Below the pieces are notes generated by a model. That model saw only the letters and a list, made by a program, of their open reading frames with translations. It searched no databases and had not been told where the DNA came from. Shown here one piece after another: positions 1 through 56,400 of a stretch of DNA of 64,000 nucleotides (position 1 is its first letter; every line of letters begins with the position of its first letter). The translations under genes and the position numbers were made by a program. Location: assembly GCA_950097015.1 (NCBI GenBank), contig CATNEN010000008.1, forward strand, positions 558,001-622,000, in the 5' to 3' direction. This stretch comes from Macrostomum hystrix (taxonomy: Eukaryota; Animalia; Platyhelminthes).

Positions 1-256
1 TTTCAGTTTTTTGAGGGTCGATTTCGGTCGCCCTCTCACAGTGTGCACTTTTGCATCGATCTGTACTTCTCAGGCTCAATCGCATCTGCATTGGGTTCGG
101 GTTAGGTGCAAATCAGGGATGAAAACAATGAAAAAGCATCCCCAGCTTGAGGTGCATATATTGAGCACATTCAACGTCCTCAACTAAAGTCCTTTAATGT
201 CATTTTAAACAAGTGACACTTTTGTGTTTTAAACAAACAACAACAAAACCTTGCAG

Positions 257-42575
<42,319 letters not shown>

Positions 42576-44964
42576 CGTACGGAAAACAGAGTCAATGTCA
42601 GTCAGATATCGATCTAGTCTATACAATTCTGTGCCATAATGTGTACACAATCAAATAGGTTTTCAATTTCTAGTCACACGCGAGCAATACGTGTTTAAGC
42701 CGATTAGACCAATCTATATAAAAACAAGTCGCGTTTAGAAATTGTTGCGTTTAAAAAAGAGTCTTGCAGCAAAAATGTTGCCAATTCTTGTCTAAATGTC
42801 TCGTACTTTCTGTGTTAATTTATCTGAAAAGGCTATAAAATGTATAAGATCGTCGCTATACATTGTTTGTTTAATTTAAAGTCCTGAAAATTGCGATAAT
42901 GCCTCGATTATTTCTTAGAATTTCTAATTCTCACAAAATTCACCATTTCTTATGACAACACAGAAAACTTCATGCTAAAGTACGCTTTAAAAGTGCACAT
43001 ATGTACTTTAAATATTCCTGAATACATAGAAGAGCTTTAAGTACACCCGCCAATGATTAATATAGATATACATGTGTTCTGCACTCTCACTTTGAATATA
43101 TATTTATTTGTTATAACTGAATTAGTTATGCAGGTTATGCTGTGTGCCCTGGTGCTTGACTAAGTCTATAAATTTTATTAGTCTGCACCTCAATTTTCAC
43201 ACCGAAATTTCCTTTCGCTGCATGCCATAAAATATCTAGATAGAAGAAAGAAGAGTGCTAATACTTTACTTAATATACAATTATCAATAATTTTAAAATG
43301 TTTACTATTTTATTATTTTAAATAAAAAAACAAAGCACAAACTCTGTGGGACGATGAAATCAAGGAACACTCGTATCATTTTAGCTCTCTGGATTAAAAA
43401 TCATAGGTTACCACATGAAAAGAGTAAAACTGAAGTCCTTAGAATTAATTGACTTAACTAGTAGTATTTTGTTGACATTCGTTTAAGTATTAAACAACCT
43501 CTCAACATTTTAACACGTTTAAAGCTTTAAATCAAAGTTTGGCCTGAAAATTAATTAACAAACTAGCAATTTTTAGTGTAACATTTTTCGCTTCTATCTT
43601 CAGTTTATTGATAAATAAAACTTGTTATTACTAATATGGCACATTTTAAGCACTAAGTAGCAGTGAAAATTGTACATGCATGTGAAGATTTGCGCTATAT
43701 AGTCAATATACATACGTTGAGACACGTTTTTTCGTTTCAATCTGTTTGCACTTTGAAGACATTGATCGTTTATATATTTCTCTGTCTAAAGTCACTTGTA
43801 TTGATATGAATAATTAAACTGGCTGCTGCAGAGTTATGCCGATTGACTACGCCCAAAACTTATGTATTTTTTCAACTAAAAATTGAAAAAGCAACTTGTG
43901 CACAAAATTCGTCTTTCATGCGAACAGCCTACAAGTTAAAAATGCTACACGTTACTATACTTATTTTCCACTTATCTTCTGAAACTGCATGTGTTTTAAA
44001 ATCATTTCCTGCTTATTGTTAAGACTCAAAGTCTTTAGTAGCGAAACTCTTGTGTTGCTTTCGATGCACTGTCAACGCCATCTGCGTCGTGACATTAAAT
44101 TTATACTCTTATGTTTGAAATTTTTAACTGGCAATAAAACGTTAAACAACAACGCCCTTCACCATGAGAACCAATGCTGTATTTGCCTTATACACACCAC
44201 GTAACGACTGGAAATCGAAATTTTTTATTTGATTCGTTTGTTTTTTTACCTTGGTAAAAGCGCTAGTGCATGGATATAGTCTTGTTGTGATAAGGTTGTG
44301 ATAGAAATGATATCTAACACAGTCAGTCTAGATGCACAGCAGCAGCTATTGCGCGGAGCATCTAAAGACTGACACACCCAACCATGTCTACTACATGAGT
44401 TAATGCTGGTGCATTTTTAAAGTATATATCTTTGAAAATATATCTAAAACAACAATGAAACATACACGGCTAAGTATTGGGCTAAATATTGTTTTCAATC
44501 TTGATAGTTCCAATTCTATTTATTAAAAAAAGGGATTTTAGATTCGATATAAAACATTTAAAACTGTATTCTTTTCACAAGTTATTTTTCATTGAAACAA
44601 AAACTGGCACAAAATCTACAGAGGAGAAAGCAATTTCTGTCAATCAAATAGAAATCCAATTAAACATTTATTATTTTTTTTATTTAAAGCTTATGGTGGA
44701 GTAGAAAATACACAACTAATTTACAAAAGTGTACTACTGTTAGTAGTAATATATAAAATAGGCATTTCTAAAAGATAAACAGAGAGATAAAAGTGTTTAA
44801 ACGAAAAAACGCACAATAGCGACAGATTGCATTTATGTACAGATGAGCTGCCTACACAGGGCCACTTGAATACGTTTAGAAGCTGTTCAACACTCTGCGA
44901 TCTCTCAGACTGAGGTCTGCGCCAGCTTGCAACAATAGGAAAGCATGGATCCGATTGGTAAGCT

Positions 44965-45680
44965 GTCAATCACGATCCTAATAGCTGTCAATCACGATCC
45001 TAATAGCTGTCAATAACGATCTTAATAGTTGGCAATCACGATCCTATTAATAGTCAATAACGATCTTAATAGTTGTCAATCACGATCCTAATAATAGTCA
45101 ATCTTGATGCTATTTGAGTCAATCATGATCCTAATAGCTGTCAATCACTATTCTAATGATGTCAATCACTATCCTAATGATGTCAATCACTATCCTAATG
45201 ATGTCAATCACTATCCTAATGATGTCAATCACTATCCTAATGATGTCAATCACTATCCTAATGATGTCAATCACTATCCTAATGATGTCAATCACTATCC
45301 TAATGATGTCAATCACTATCCTAATGATGTCAATCACTATCCTAATGATGTTAATCACTATCCTAATGATGTCAATCACTATCCTAATGATGTCAATCAC
45401 TATCCTAATGATGTCAATCACTATCCTAATGATGTCAATCACTATCCTAATGATGTCAATCACTATCCTAATGATGTTAATCACTATCCTAATGATGTCA
45501 ATGATTACCCTAATAGCCCTCAATCACGATCCTAATAGCTGTCAACAAAATCTTTGAAGCTGTCAATCAAATCCTAATAGTTGTGGATAGCAACCCTGGT
45601 AGCTTTCAATTACAACCCTAATAGCTGTCAAACACAATCCTAATAGCTGTCAAACACAATCTTTAATAGCTGTCAGTCAG
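44965..45680. repeat. 21-22-bp intergenic minisatellite
   Basis: Homogeneous core (CACTATCCTAATGATGTCAAT)n at about 45143-45505, flanked by degenerate CACGATCCTAATAGCTGTCAAT units; related units at about 47335-47395. Confidence 0.95.
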
Positions 45681-48526
45681 AATCCATATAGCGGCCAATT
45701 CTGAAGCTAAATAGCTGTTAATTTTTACCGAAAGAACTGTCACTCAGAATTGTTATAACTGTCAACAGCAACTAAATTACAATTTCTGCCAATCGCGATA
45801 AATTTTCTGCTACAATAGCTGCCAACGTGGACCTTAAAAGCTGTAGATGTTTTCGATCTTATCGAAATTGCAAGCTAATCTAATAAAATATGCAGACACC
45901 CCAGTTGAAGACACAGAAAGTAGACAGCTTTTAAGGTACAATTAATACATGGATATCAGGTAAAGCAACAATAATCTGCAGGGTAAAAACAAAGAGCTTT
46001 TATCGTATTCTTTTTGTGTGAAAGATTATAAAATTGTAAAAGTCTATAGAAATTTTATAGAATAGTAATTTAGTTATGGCTGACTTATGTGCCACATCTG
46101 ATATTATACTGTAAGAGAACAAAAATAACAGCTTTACTGGACAAAGTGCAGCAGATAATATCTAAAGAAAGGTTTCCCAACTTAAAAAATCTTAAAAAGT
46201 TGTTTTACTTTTAGGACGGCGGCATTGTAAAATAAATAAAGTATGACTTTTTGATGAAACATTTTTCCATTTTTTCAAGAACTAAAAAACACAGAGTAAA
46301 AGGGAAACAAACATTTAATATAAACTTTATCAACACTAAGGTTATAAAAAAGAAAATTTTCTTCAAATGTGCTTTTAATTTAAGTGTTAGAAAAACTTGA
46401 CATAGTAACCCAATGTAGAGAAAAATTAAAAATTCTTAAGTCGAACAAAAAAAGGAAAAACCTAGTAAACCTAGTAACCTAGTAAAGAGATAAAAGTTGC
46501 AAAACTGCAAAAATAAATTGATTATATGACTTTGTTCTTTTTATTATGAGCCATTAAATGTTTTCAGACTCCAGCTTAGATATATACAGACAGACACAGT
46601 GCAGTCATTTCATGAAGCTTGACCTTTGCGTCAGCATTAGGGCTGAGGCCAGCAAATGCTTGAAATCCTAAAATCTGTTCTGCAAAGCATATCAGTTAAT
46701 TATATTTACAAAAGCCTCTTAAAAAAGAGAAAAAATATTTGTTAAAAAAAGAAATTTGAACAAGAGAGATGAATAATTACAGTTCAAGTTTATTTAACAG
46801 AGAGTAGTTTACTAATTCAAATGTTTCTTTTTAGAGAATTAGCTTTTAGAGCATTGATATATATGTAATAAGTTAAACATTTCAATTAGATATCTCAAAT
46901 TAAAGTGTTTATGGAATAGTTACTTTAAATAGTGTAAAACTGAAGAAATTATGTTGTAACATCAAGAAAACTTTAGCAATATATAGGTAACCATGTTTTT
47001 AATCTTTATAGGGTGCATAAAAGTATAGGCCTAGTCTACATAGATAAGCTGGTATGACAATTGACTACTTGACTTAATTGTCTAAGACAAACACAGAAAA
47101 TTTTAATGCAAAAAATGTCAAAATTGTAGACAACAATACATATATATTATCTAGAAATGTTATGCTTATCTGTCTTAGAAAAACTAATCATAGGAAAATT
47201 TAGTCAATAACAAAACAGATTATTTTGTTTGGCATATTCAAAATATTTCTTACAGACTAGCAAACAAGTGATTTGTAATTGAATAAAGAAGCTATCATAA
47301 TTGAATTATTATCCATTTAACTATAACTAATTAACTGTCAATCACGATCCTAATAATAGTCAATCTCAATCCTAATAGAGTCAATCACGATCCTTTACTT
47401 TAGTTCACTTTACTAACTAGCTTCACATAGCTAGCTACTATAGTAATAATAAATGAAAACATTAATAGATGCCAAGAACTAAGAAACAGCTAACATTGTA
47501 TACATGGATAGTATAGGAGGCAATTTTAGCTAGTTCTAGAAAATATGAGCACATGAATAGCTAAAGAGAAGAACGGGGTATATATACAATGTTATTCTAA
47601 AAATAATTTGTGGCCAACTACCATAAGATAGTATAGATAATTGAAAAAATACAATGTAGAAATCGAAAATACATAAAACGCTGACAATATACTATAAATA
47701 CTATGTATCTAGCCAAAAGCGATTTACATAACTTTATATAACAAACCTGTGTTCCTATGACTAGCTATGAGTATAACTGTATGAGTAATTCTGTTCAGAA
47801 TTACCAATTAATTGTAAAGTAGCTGCTAGTACTGCAAATATTGTAGGTAAAAAAAAACAAAGAAAGTTAGTGTGTAATATATAAAAAGTGTTGAATAACC
47901 TGTCAGTTCTGAATTGTTGCTGTTTTCCAATTAAAGGCACCTAAAAAATAAATAACTATTTGTTAATCCTCCAAGCGTACCGCGAATTTTTTTTGTTATC
48001 ATATTCAAAGTTATCACTGTCATAACTTCAAACAAAGTAATTTGTATTAGACTAATCGCCTCAAACTTAATTTGAGTTAATAGCTAGGATCTAAAATATT
48101 TTTATGTTCAGCCTACCAGCTTATATATTTTTTTCTTGTCGAATCTATGAAGGTTACTTGAAGTTATTAAGAAAGCCGCTAAACAAAATTAGGTAAAAGT
48201 TGGCATTGAAAGTCGTTATTCAATGCCGGCTCGCTGCCGCCGGTCGCTCGCTGCCAGGCGAAATTGAAGTTACTTAGTTTGAAAAATTAGGTTAAAAACC
48301 AATAATTACTAGCTGAACTAGGGTTGGGCGCGTTACTCGTTGCTATTGACCAAATTGGTAAATATCGTAACTTTTTTGCAACGTTACTTTTTCTTGTTAC
48401 CACGGACTGGTAACAAAAGTGCTATAACCAGTCTTTACCAACAGTATGCATTGCCCGTTAGTTGACCATTTTTCGTTACTAATTTTCGAATAAGGTTTTT
48501 AAATAAGACATAATATTAAGAAAAAT

Positions 48527-48650
48527 AATTGCAGGAGGGCTGCAGGCAATGACACATCATTTGGTGACACTAGACCGCCAGCCAGCGAGGAGGCAATTCT
48601 TGCCCATTTCGCCGGCTTCTGAGCCCACAAGCACAGATACCGGACACAAG
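48527..48650 (-). mobile_element. SINE family 1, 3'-end fragment
   Basis: ATAATTGCAGGAGGGCTGCAGGCAATG...CAGCCAGCGAGGAGGCAATTC matches the tail-proximal domain. Confidence 0.78.
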
Positions 48651-49889
48651 CATAAATAAGACGTTAGCAAAACTGTAAATTCTTTCTCTGGCTGCATTTA
48701 AAAATGTTTTAAAATGTTCCTTTTTATTGTTTACTTGATACTATAAAATATTGTCATATTTTTATACGAGTAATTAGCAACAATATCTTTCGGTGTCTTA
48801 GTTTTACATTGATAAAATTTTGCGTTCATTTTGATTTAAGTTTCTTGTGTTTGTTTGTGTTTGATCATAGATGTAAATCTAATCTGCAATATTCATCTGA
48901 TCATGGCTACTAAACCCAAGCCAAAATGGGCAAGATCAGTCAAAGGGACAATAAAAACGAGTCTAAAAAATTGATGATGTTGGAAACTACAACATTTGAT
49001 ATGACAGATAAACAAAGCTACACGTGTTTCAAAGCTACATAATTGGTAAAAATGTGAAAAACTGAAACTATTGATTCAAAGTAACGACCGTTTTTCTTTA
49101 CCTATTTTTGTAATTTATAATAGCAGTTGACGAAATTTTATAACCCTTAGTCTCCAGCTTTTACTAGAATGCCACACTTACTCATAAAAATAATGTGTGG
49201 CATGAAAATACGCCCTCTTTAAACTTAATATGTCAATCAAAGATATGATTTTGAGCACAGAAAACAAAATAATTGAAACTCAGCGCTGAAATGCAGTTTA
49301 AAAGCAACCTTCTCGCCTTTTTTTTCGTTTGCTGCTTGCTTTTATTAATGCACAATAGTGGCGAGCACTTGTAGAAAAAGTTATTGTTTATTTTTTTTAC
49401 ACACGAGTTGACAATAAAACGAGCTCCAAACTGAAAATTAGCCGCTGGAAAGTGATAGTCACGCTTTGAGTGTCTCACTTCACACTCCATGAACTGAAGA
49501 TGGTAAATAGTATTGTTTTGCTTGCTAAAATGAACAGATTAGCAATTTACACCCGATCCATCTAAGCCAAACAGACTTCAATAAATAGCTGCAGCATCAT
49601 GTGGGAACGAACGTGCAAGAAAACACGAAATGCATGGGTAAATTATAATGATTAGTACACTGGACACAGTGAAGTGTGAAATGATTAGACTTATAATTAG
49701 GCCTTAATAGAAATATTTAGTATGATACCCGTGAAATTACTGCCTAACAACAGTTTAACTAATAACGACACAGGCGTGATTATTCGTGATTACTACCCCG
49801 ATAATTACCCCAGTTTAATAAGTAAGCAAAAGAAAATCTATTCGAACAAAGAGTGGAACAATGAGTAGAAAAAACACCGGAAATCCAGA

Positions 49890-50487
49890 TCAGGCTGCGC
49901 CATTGTTGTCAGAAGCGGCCGCGGCGGCGCGCTTCGATCGTTTACTGGGCGGCGGCGCGGCGGCAGCAGCCGGAGACGGCGAAAGCGACTGCGACGGCGA
50001 TTGGCCGCCGGCGCCTCCGCCTGAAGCTACATTCACCTCGAACTGGTAGACCTGATCGCAGCCCAGGTAGGAGTCGCTCATAAAGTACAGCGTGTACTTG
50101 TGCACACCGGGACTGGACGGAGCGGCGAATTCTAGGCGCACTTTGGCCTTCTGCTGCAGGCTGGTGCGCTTAATGCTAATCAGCGCATTGGCACCGGGAT
50201 CGCACACCACTAGCCACCAGCCTTCTTCGCGCTTCTGCGGAAAGTAGGGCGCCGCCACCGGGCCGACGATGTCGTCTTCACGCTCCAGATTAACAGCCAA
50301 CTGAACGGAGCCGCCGGGTTCAACTTGATCAGAGTCCACAAGCTCGTAGCTGAGCTCGATGTTCGGGTAGCGATTGCAGTAGCGAGCAACGTCGGCCAGC
50401 TGCTCCTTGGTGAGGTCGGAGAGCAGCTCCAAGCGGTTGGCGTCCTCCATCTCCATCAGGTCGAAGACGGACTCGACGCCGCGCTCT
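49890..50487 (-). CDS. SNRNP200: SNRNP200 terminal exon
   Basis: ttgcag|A GAG CGC; [15 protein letters not shown]...[10 protein letters not shown]...SDSYLGCDQ...DNNGAA*. Confidence 0.94.
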
Positions 50488-53400
50488 CTGCAATTGAAAG
50501 GGTACAAAGATTGAGATAAAACCAGTGAGCCAATCAGCGAACAGACCAGTGGGCCAATCAGTGAACAGATCAGTGGGCCAATCAGTGAACAGATCAGTGA
50601 GCCAATCAGCGAACAGACCAGTGGGCCAATCAGTGAACAGATCAGTGGGCCAATCAGCGAACAGACCAGTGGGCCAATCAGCGAACAGACCATTGGACCA
50701 ATCAGCGAACAGACCAGTGGGCCAATCAGCGAACAGATAAAATCGAAAATCGGGCATATAAAATCGGGATTGGAACCGGGGAAACTCACTTGCACTTGTC
50801 AATTAGAGCCTGATCGAAGTGAGGCAACTGCTTGAGTATGCTATCCTTGCTCCAGACAGCCTGCACAGCCATCTGTGACAGTTCCATAGCAGCCAGAGCA
50901 GGCGCTAGCCAGCCGCTGGAGCTGACAACATCCACAGCAGCCTGAATAAGTCGCATAGCTTTCAAGAGTACATCGGCCGTATCGGTCTGCAGTTCAGCTG
51001 GCAGGGCTAAGCGACACATGTGGGCCTGAAGCAGAATCTGAGCTTTGACATGCGGGTCATTGTACTTGGCGCTCTGCATCTTGTGGGGCAGCTTGGGCAC
51101 AATCTTACGCAGCGTGTCCTCTTCGTGATGCCGAATTGGCAGATCTTCGAATTCGGCCGCTGAGCTGACGATTTCAATGAGGCTGCGAATCTTGGTCTTA
51201 GGCTTGAGAAAGCCACTGAACAGTTCAATAGTGGTGTAGTGAATGTAGTAATAGGCCGCTATCATGCCCAGATTGAGCGGCGTCAGGTCCATGTCCTCCA
51301 CAATCTTGATGCACTTCGAGTTCTCAAGATCCTCCAGGGTTTGCTCAACCAGGTCGGACAGTTTCTCGCTAAGGTGCCGGTGAGTCACACCCTGAATTGG
51401 GGTGAAACCGATTTTAGAGGCTTATCAAAGTAATCTATTTTTATAAGGATAATCGATACAGCTAAACCTCATGGATTCTGGTGATCGATCCAGTTAATCC
51501 TTATTGATTCTGGTGATCGATCCAGCTAATCCTCATTGATTCTGGTGATCGATCCAGCTAATCCTCATTGTTTCTGGTGATCGATCAAGCTAATCCTTAT
51601 TGACTCTGGTGATCGATCCAGCTAATCCTTACTGATTTTAGTGATCGGGTAAGCTAATCCTCATTGATTCTGGTTATCGATCCAGTTAATCTTTATTGAT
51701 TCTGGTGATCGATCCAGTTAATCCTTATTGACTCTGGTGATCGATCAAGCTAATCCTCATTGATTCAGGTGTTCAATCAAGCTAATCCTCAATGACTCTG
51801 GTGATCGATCAAGCTAATCCTCATTGATTACGATTTTCGATCAATTGATCCAACTAAGATAAGCCAAATGATTACTGATGATGATATTAACATGGTAACA
51901 ATATTTTTCTCTAGTAATTCGCGCACCTGCAGATTGTAGTAATTAGGATTTTGCGTCATCCTGCGATATAAGAACGTCCAGGTTAGATAATCCACAGCGT
52001 CCTGCTTATTCTCAATAGTCTTTGTGACAATCTCAGCGTTGAAATGATCGTGCAGGCAGTGATCCAGGTGAGACTCAACTGGCAGCGGGTCGAATAGGAA
52101 CTTCTTGAAGAATTCCCGCTTGCTGGATTGACAGAAGACGAACGCTTTGCCAGTGGAGTCCTTGCCTGGGTAGTGAAAATGGGATGGGAAAATAGATCGA
52201 TCTTCCCAGAACTTTGTGAAATCTAAGATAGCTAGATTTAGGATTCGAAAACTAGACTCCTAGATCTATGTTAAATCTAGACTCCTAGATCTATGTTAAA
52301 TCTAAGCTTCTTAATTAATGTGAAACCTAGACTCATAAGTCTCTGCAAAATCTCCCACTTACTCGGATGATTCGCTCGGGACACCATCTGGATGACATCA
52401 GTGACAGGATAATCCTCATAAGAGTGAGTCTTGCCGTTGTAGCTCTGAGTGTCCATCAGGATGACCAGGCGGGCGCGGACCTCCACAGTCCAAGCGAGCG
52501 AGCGGGCAATGACAAGTACGCGAGCTGCGCCGTCTCTGAACAGGCGTTCGATAGACCGGCGATCTTGCGGCGACTGGCCCTCGTGCAGGAAGGCGACACC
52601 TTTCGGTACACAGACGGCGAGAGCAGGTTCAGAGTCGGCCAATTGTCTGGCAGTTTCAGCAGCCGCGGCTTCGGCCCGCGAGCCGGGTCTGGGCGCTAAC
52701 GCATTGCCGTCAGCGCTTTCGGCGTGAGCGTGAGTGAATAAATCGACGGCTACGGATTGGGCGAGACGGCGAGAGGGCACGAAAACGATGGCAGACTGGC
52801 CGGAGCGAATCACGGTGGTGTAGAGCGGGCGAAGCATGGCCAGCAGGCGGGTGGCGTTGTGCGTCACGTTGAAGCCCTGGATGGTGAGCTGCAGCGGTTG
52901 GACGCTAGGATGAAAATTGAAGGTGTTGCCAGCGTTGACACCCAACCAGCTGGCGGCGTCCTTGGCGTTGCTAAGGGAATGCGACAGGGCCACAATGCGA
53001 ATGCTGTGCTCAATCTGGCTACTGATGTAGCGCATCCTGGAGCAGATCACCTCCAGTACGGGGCCGACCTCGCTGCGTATCAGTTGAAGGCCGTCAACAA
53101 TGAACAGCTGAACAGATTGCACATTCTTCCGCTGCTTCCAACGGCGAGATAGAATGTCCCAGTGCTCAGGTGTGCTCACGACAATGTGACCCTTGGCCAG
53201 CAGCTTCAAATCTGTGGCCGTCTCGCCAGTTAGCCGAACAACATTTTTGCCTAGTCGTTCGCCAAATTTAGCGGCCAAATTGGCGTGCGTTGATTCGGCC
53301 AGTTCTTGCCTGTGTCGATTTTTCGAGGTAAGAAAATTGTTTTGGCATTGACTAACTTTGCGCGCTACTTTTAGTAGGAGATTTAGAAAACGTTAACAGT

Positions 53401-56400
53401 AGAAATATCAGGCTATTTTTCCCCTGGGCAAAGAACGGTGTATTTTAAATACCCACGATAGCTTTTCGTAAACGTCCACCATTTGGATCTAAATTTTCTG
53501 CCCTTTACGGTGAACTAAATTTCAAAGCCAATATCTCGACGATGCGATGTTTTGTGAATCTGCAAGTTGTTTCATCGGAAAGAGCGGAAAATTTTAGCCC
53601 GCGTTCTTGATTTTCATGGCGACTGGTTGAATATTTTGGGAGTTACAGAAAAAACGAAAAATGTGGGTATAAAAAGTGTTTAAAACACGCGCGGGTCTTT
53701 CGATTGTTACAGTATAAAATTGCAATGCTTCTCTTACCTAGCAACGACATAAACGCAGCGACCATTTTGATTGGCTGAGAAGAGGTGCAACAGAGCAAAC
53801 TCGGCGCAAACAGATTTGCCGCTGCCTGGCGGAGCCGCTACAAGAACATTCTCGTCGAAGTTGTACAACGAGTTGAACACCTGCGTCTGGATGGCGTTGA
53901 AGAATGAAATGCCAGCGTAGAGAGACTCGTACCTGAATAGAAACAAGTTGATTTAGAGTCAATAGGTGAGTAAAAAGCGTTGAGAAGGCTTTAGGTTTAG
54001 AGAGATTATATAAAGGGTTACTTAATAGTCTATCGGGTTTGGCTCAATCGGTCATTAAAGTTGACATCTAGTGGACCATTCTAGATGGTATTCATGAAAA
54101 TAATTGAAAAAGGTAGTTTATGTTTTATGGCCCCTTCAGTGGGTCGTTTTAGTGGATTTACCTCAATGGAACTTGGGTACTAGGCTCTGAATGAACTCAC
54201 GTACTAGACTATGAGTAGACCAACTCAAAATGTATTAATAGTAGAAGGGGGGAATTCCCCACTCCCCCTGAAATTTATTTGTGCTGCACCCGAACGGAGC
54301 AACGCAAGCCCACGAAGCTCAAGAACACGATCCAACTTTTTGTTGCGCATCTTCTGAAACAAGAATCAAGTCGCCAGCCCTTCCCACCGTTGAAAATTTC
54401 AATCTGATCTTCGGCATATCTCGACGGTGTGAAGGGTTGGCGACTTGATTATTGTTTCAGAAAATGCGCAACAAAAATTTGGCTCGTCTTCTTGAATTTC
54501 GTGCGCTTGCATTGCTTTGGAAATTCCCACTTTGGGATAAAACCTGGAGAAGCTAGTAGTCCCACAGTTAAGTAAGTAATTTACTCACTTCGGATTGCGC
54601 AAGGCATTAACCGGCAGCGGCTGCAGGTCCAGCAGTTCAGTGGGCGGCGGATTTCTCTCGGGCAGTATCATGTGACGAAATGACACTGGTAGCACAGTCT
54701 CTGAGCCGAGCCAGCGATCTGAGACGGCCCGAATGAAATACATGGGCGCCAGCGGCTCGTACACTGGCACGTAGAATTTCAGCACGTGCTCCTCTTCGCT
54801 GAATTTGCGCTTCAACATAAAGTACTCGTGATGAAGAATCATCTCGGAGTCAACGTCTTCAACGAAGATCCAGAAGGCCTGCGATTCGCCGTGCAGATTG
54901 GCGTCCCACTGAAAGTCCGGCGTGATGCACAGCTCGGCTCGAAGCGACGATCGAGAGATCGGCTGGACAACAATGCGCAGGTCCAGCCGGGGAATCTGGT
55001 GCAGGCATTTGTGCAGCGACTTGCCCATGTTCGGCTTGCGAATCAGTTCGCCGAGTTCGTGCACGCTTAGATCGAAGTAGCGCTCGAATGCGATGTTCTT
55101 CTTCTCCAGCTTGCGAATCACCTGCGGGGGTTAGTAAGGGATTAGCGATTAGCGCTGGATCAGGGATCAGGACGGGTACGTGTACTCTAATCAGAATTGG
55201 TATTGTGAATGGGATTAGGATTGAGAATAATATTAGGAATACATTTTGGAAACTCGTAGTGATTATCGCGAGATTTGGGATCAATATAGATTTCGGGGTC
55301 AAAAATAGGGATTAACATGAGGATCAGGACGGATTTAGGGGTCTAAAATAAGGATTAACGTGAGGATCAGGACGGATTTCGGGGTCAAAAATAGGGATTA
55401 ACACGAGGATCAGGACGGATTTAGGGGTCTAAAATAAGGATTAACGTGAGGATCAGGACGGATTTCAGAGTCTAAAATAAGGATTAACGTGAGGATCAGG
55501 ACGGATTTCGGGGTCTAAAATAAGGCTTAGCGTGAGGATCAGGACGGATTTCGAGGTCTAAAATAGGGATTAGCGTGAGGATCAGGACGGATTTCGGGGT
55601 CTAAAATAGGGATTAGCGTGAGGATCAGGACGGATTTCGGGGTCTAAAATAAGGCTTAGCGTGAGGATCAGGACGGATTTCGGGGTCTAAAATAAGGCTT
55701 AGCGTGAGGATCAGAACGGATTTCGGGGTCTAAAATAGGGATTTTTGAGGATCAGGAGGGATTTCGGGGTCTAAAATAGGGATTAGCGTGAGGATCAGGA
55801 CGGATTTTGGGGTCTAAAATAAGGATTATGGTGAGGATTAGGATGGATTTTGAATATTAAAATAGGGATTAGCGTGAAGATTAGGATCGATTTCAGACAT
55901 TCCAATATGAGGATTACGATTAGGATTCCGGAAATTGATTGGGATTAGCGTGTACCTTAATTTTAATAATTGTATCAAACTTACGTCTTCCGGTATCTTC
56001 TTAAACTGTCTTAGCGGCGACATTGACTGCCACATTCGTTGGGCGATCATCTTGCTAAGCGACAAAGCCTTCTCAGTTAGCTGGGCCCAGCCCTTGTGTA
56101 GAGCAATCTCAAACAGAGCCCGGACAAGCCTAGCAGCCGACTGAGTGACGTAGACCATATCGCTGGCCAATGAGAATCCGTCCAGCTTCAACTGGGATAT
56201 GTAGGCCTGCAGTAGGCAGTTGAGCTTGGCTGACGACTCCTCGATGCCCTCCTTGATTGGCACCGGCACGCGCTCCAATAGTTTGGTCATCTCCACCTTC
56301 TCCTCTTCGCGCACGGCTATGTACCTGCAAGAGTATGACGGAAAATTAATAGAGGAGAGTGGGCTGCTGATTGTTCAGAAGGTAGAAAATTATTTTTGAG

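Noticed and set aside
45104-45557. NDVNHYP repeat ORFs (resembling NDVNHFL in the first Cav1 exon)
   Set aside because: 21-bp intergenic tandem repeat; the peptide resemblance is short and judged coincidental
48318-48480. TAGGGTTGGG start with GTTACT/GTAAC subterminal motifs and a small palindrome (hAT-MITE-like)
   Set aside because: No matching second terminus or TSD could be identified
42576-49889. Possible third gene in the 7.3-kb intergenic gap
   Set aside because: AT-rich, only short ORFs, and no splice-consistent coding chain seen; consistent with two 3' UTRs plus repeats
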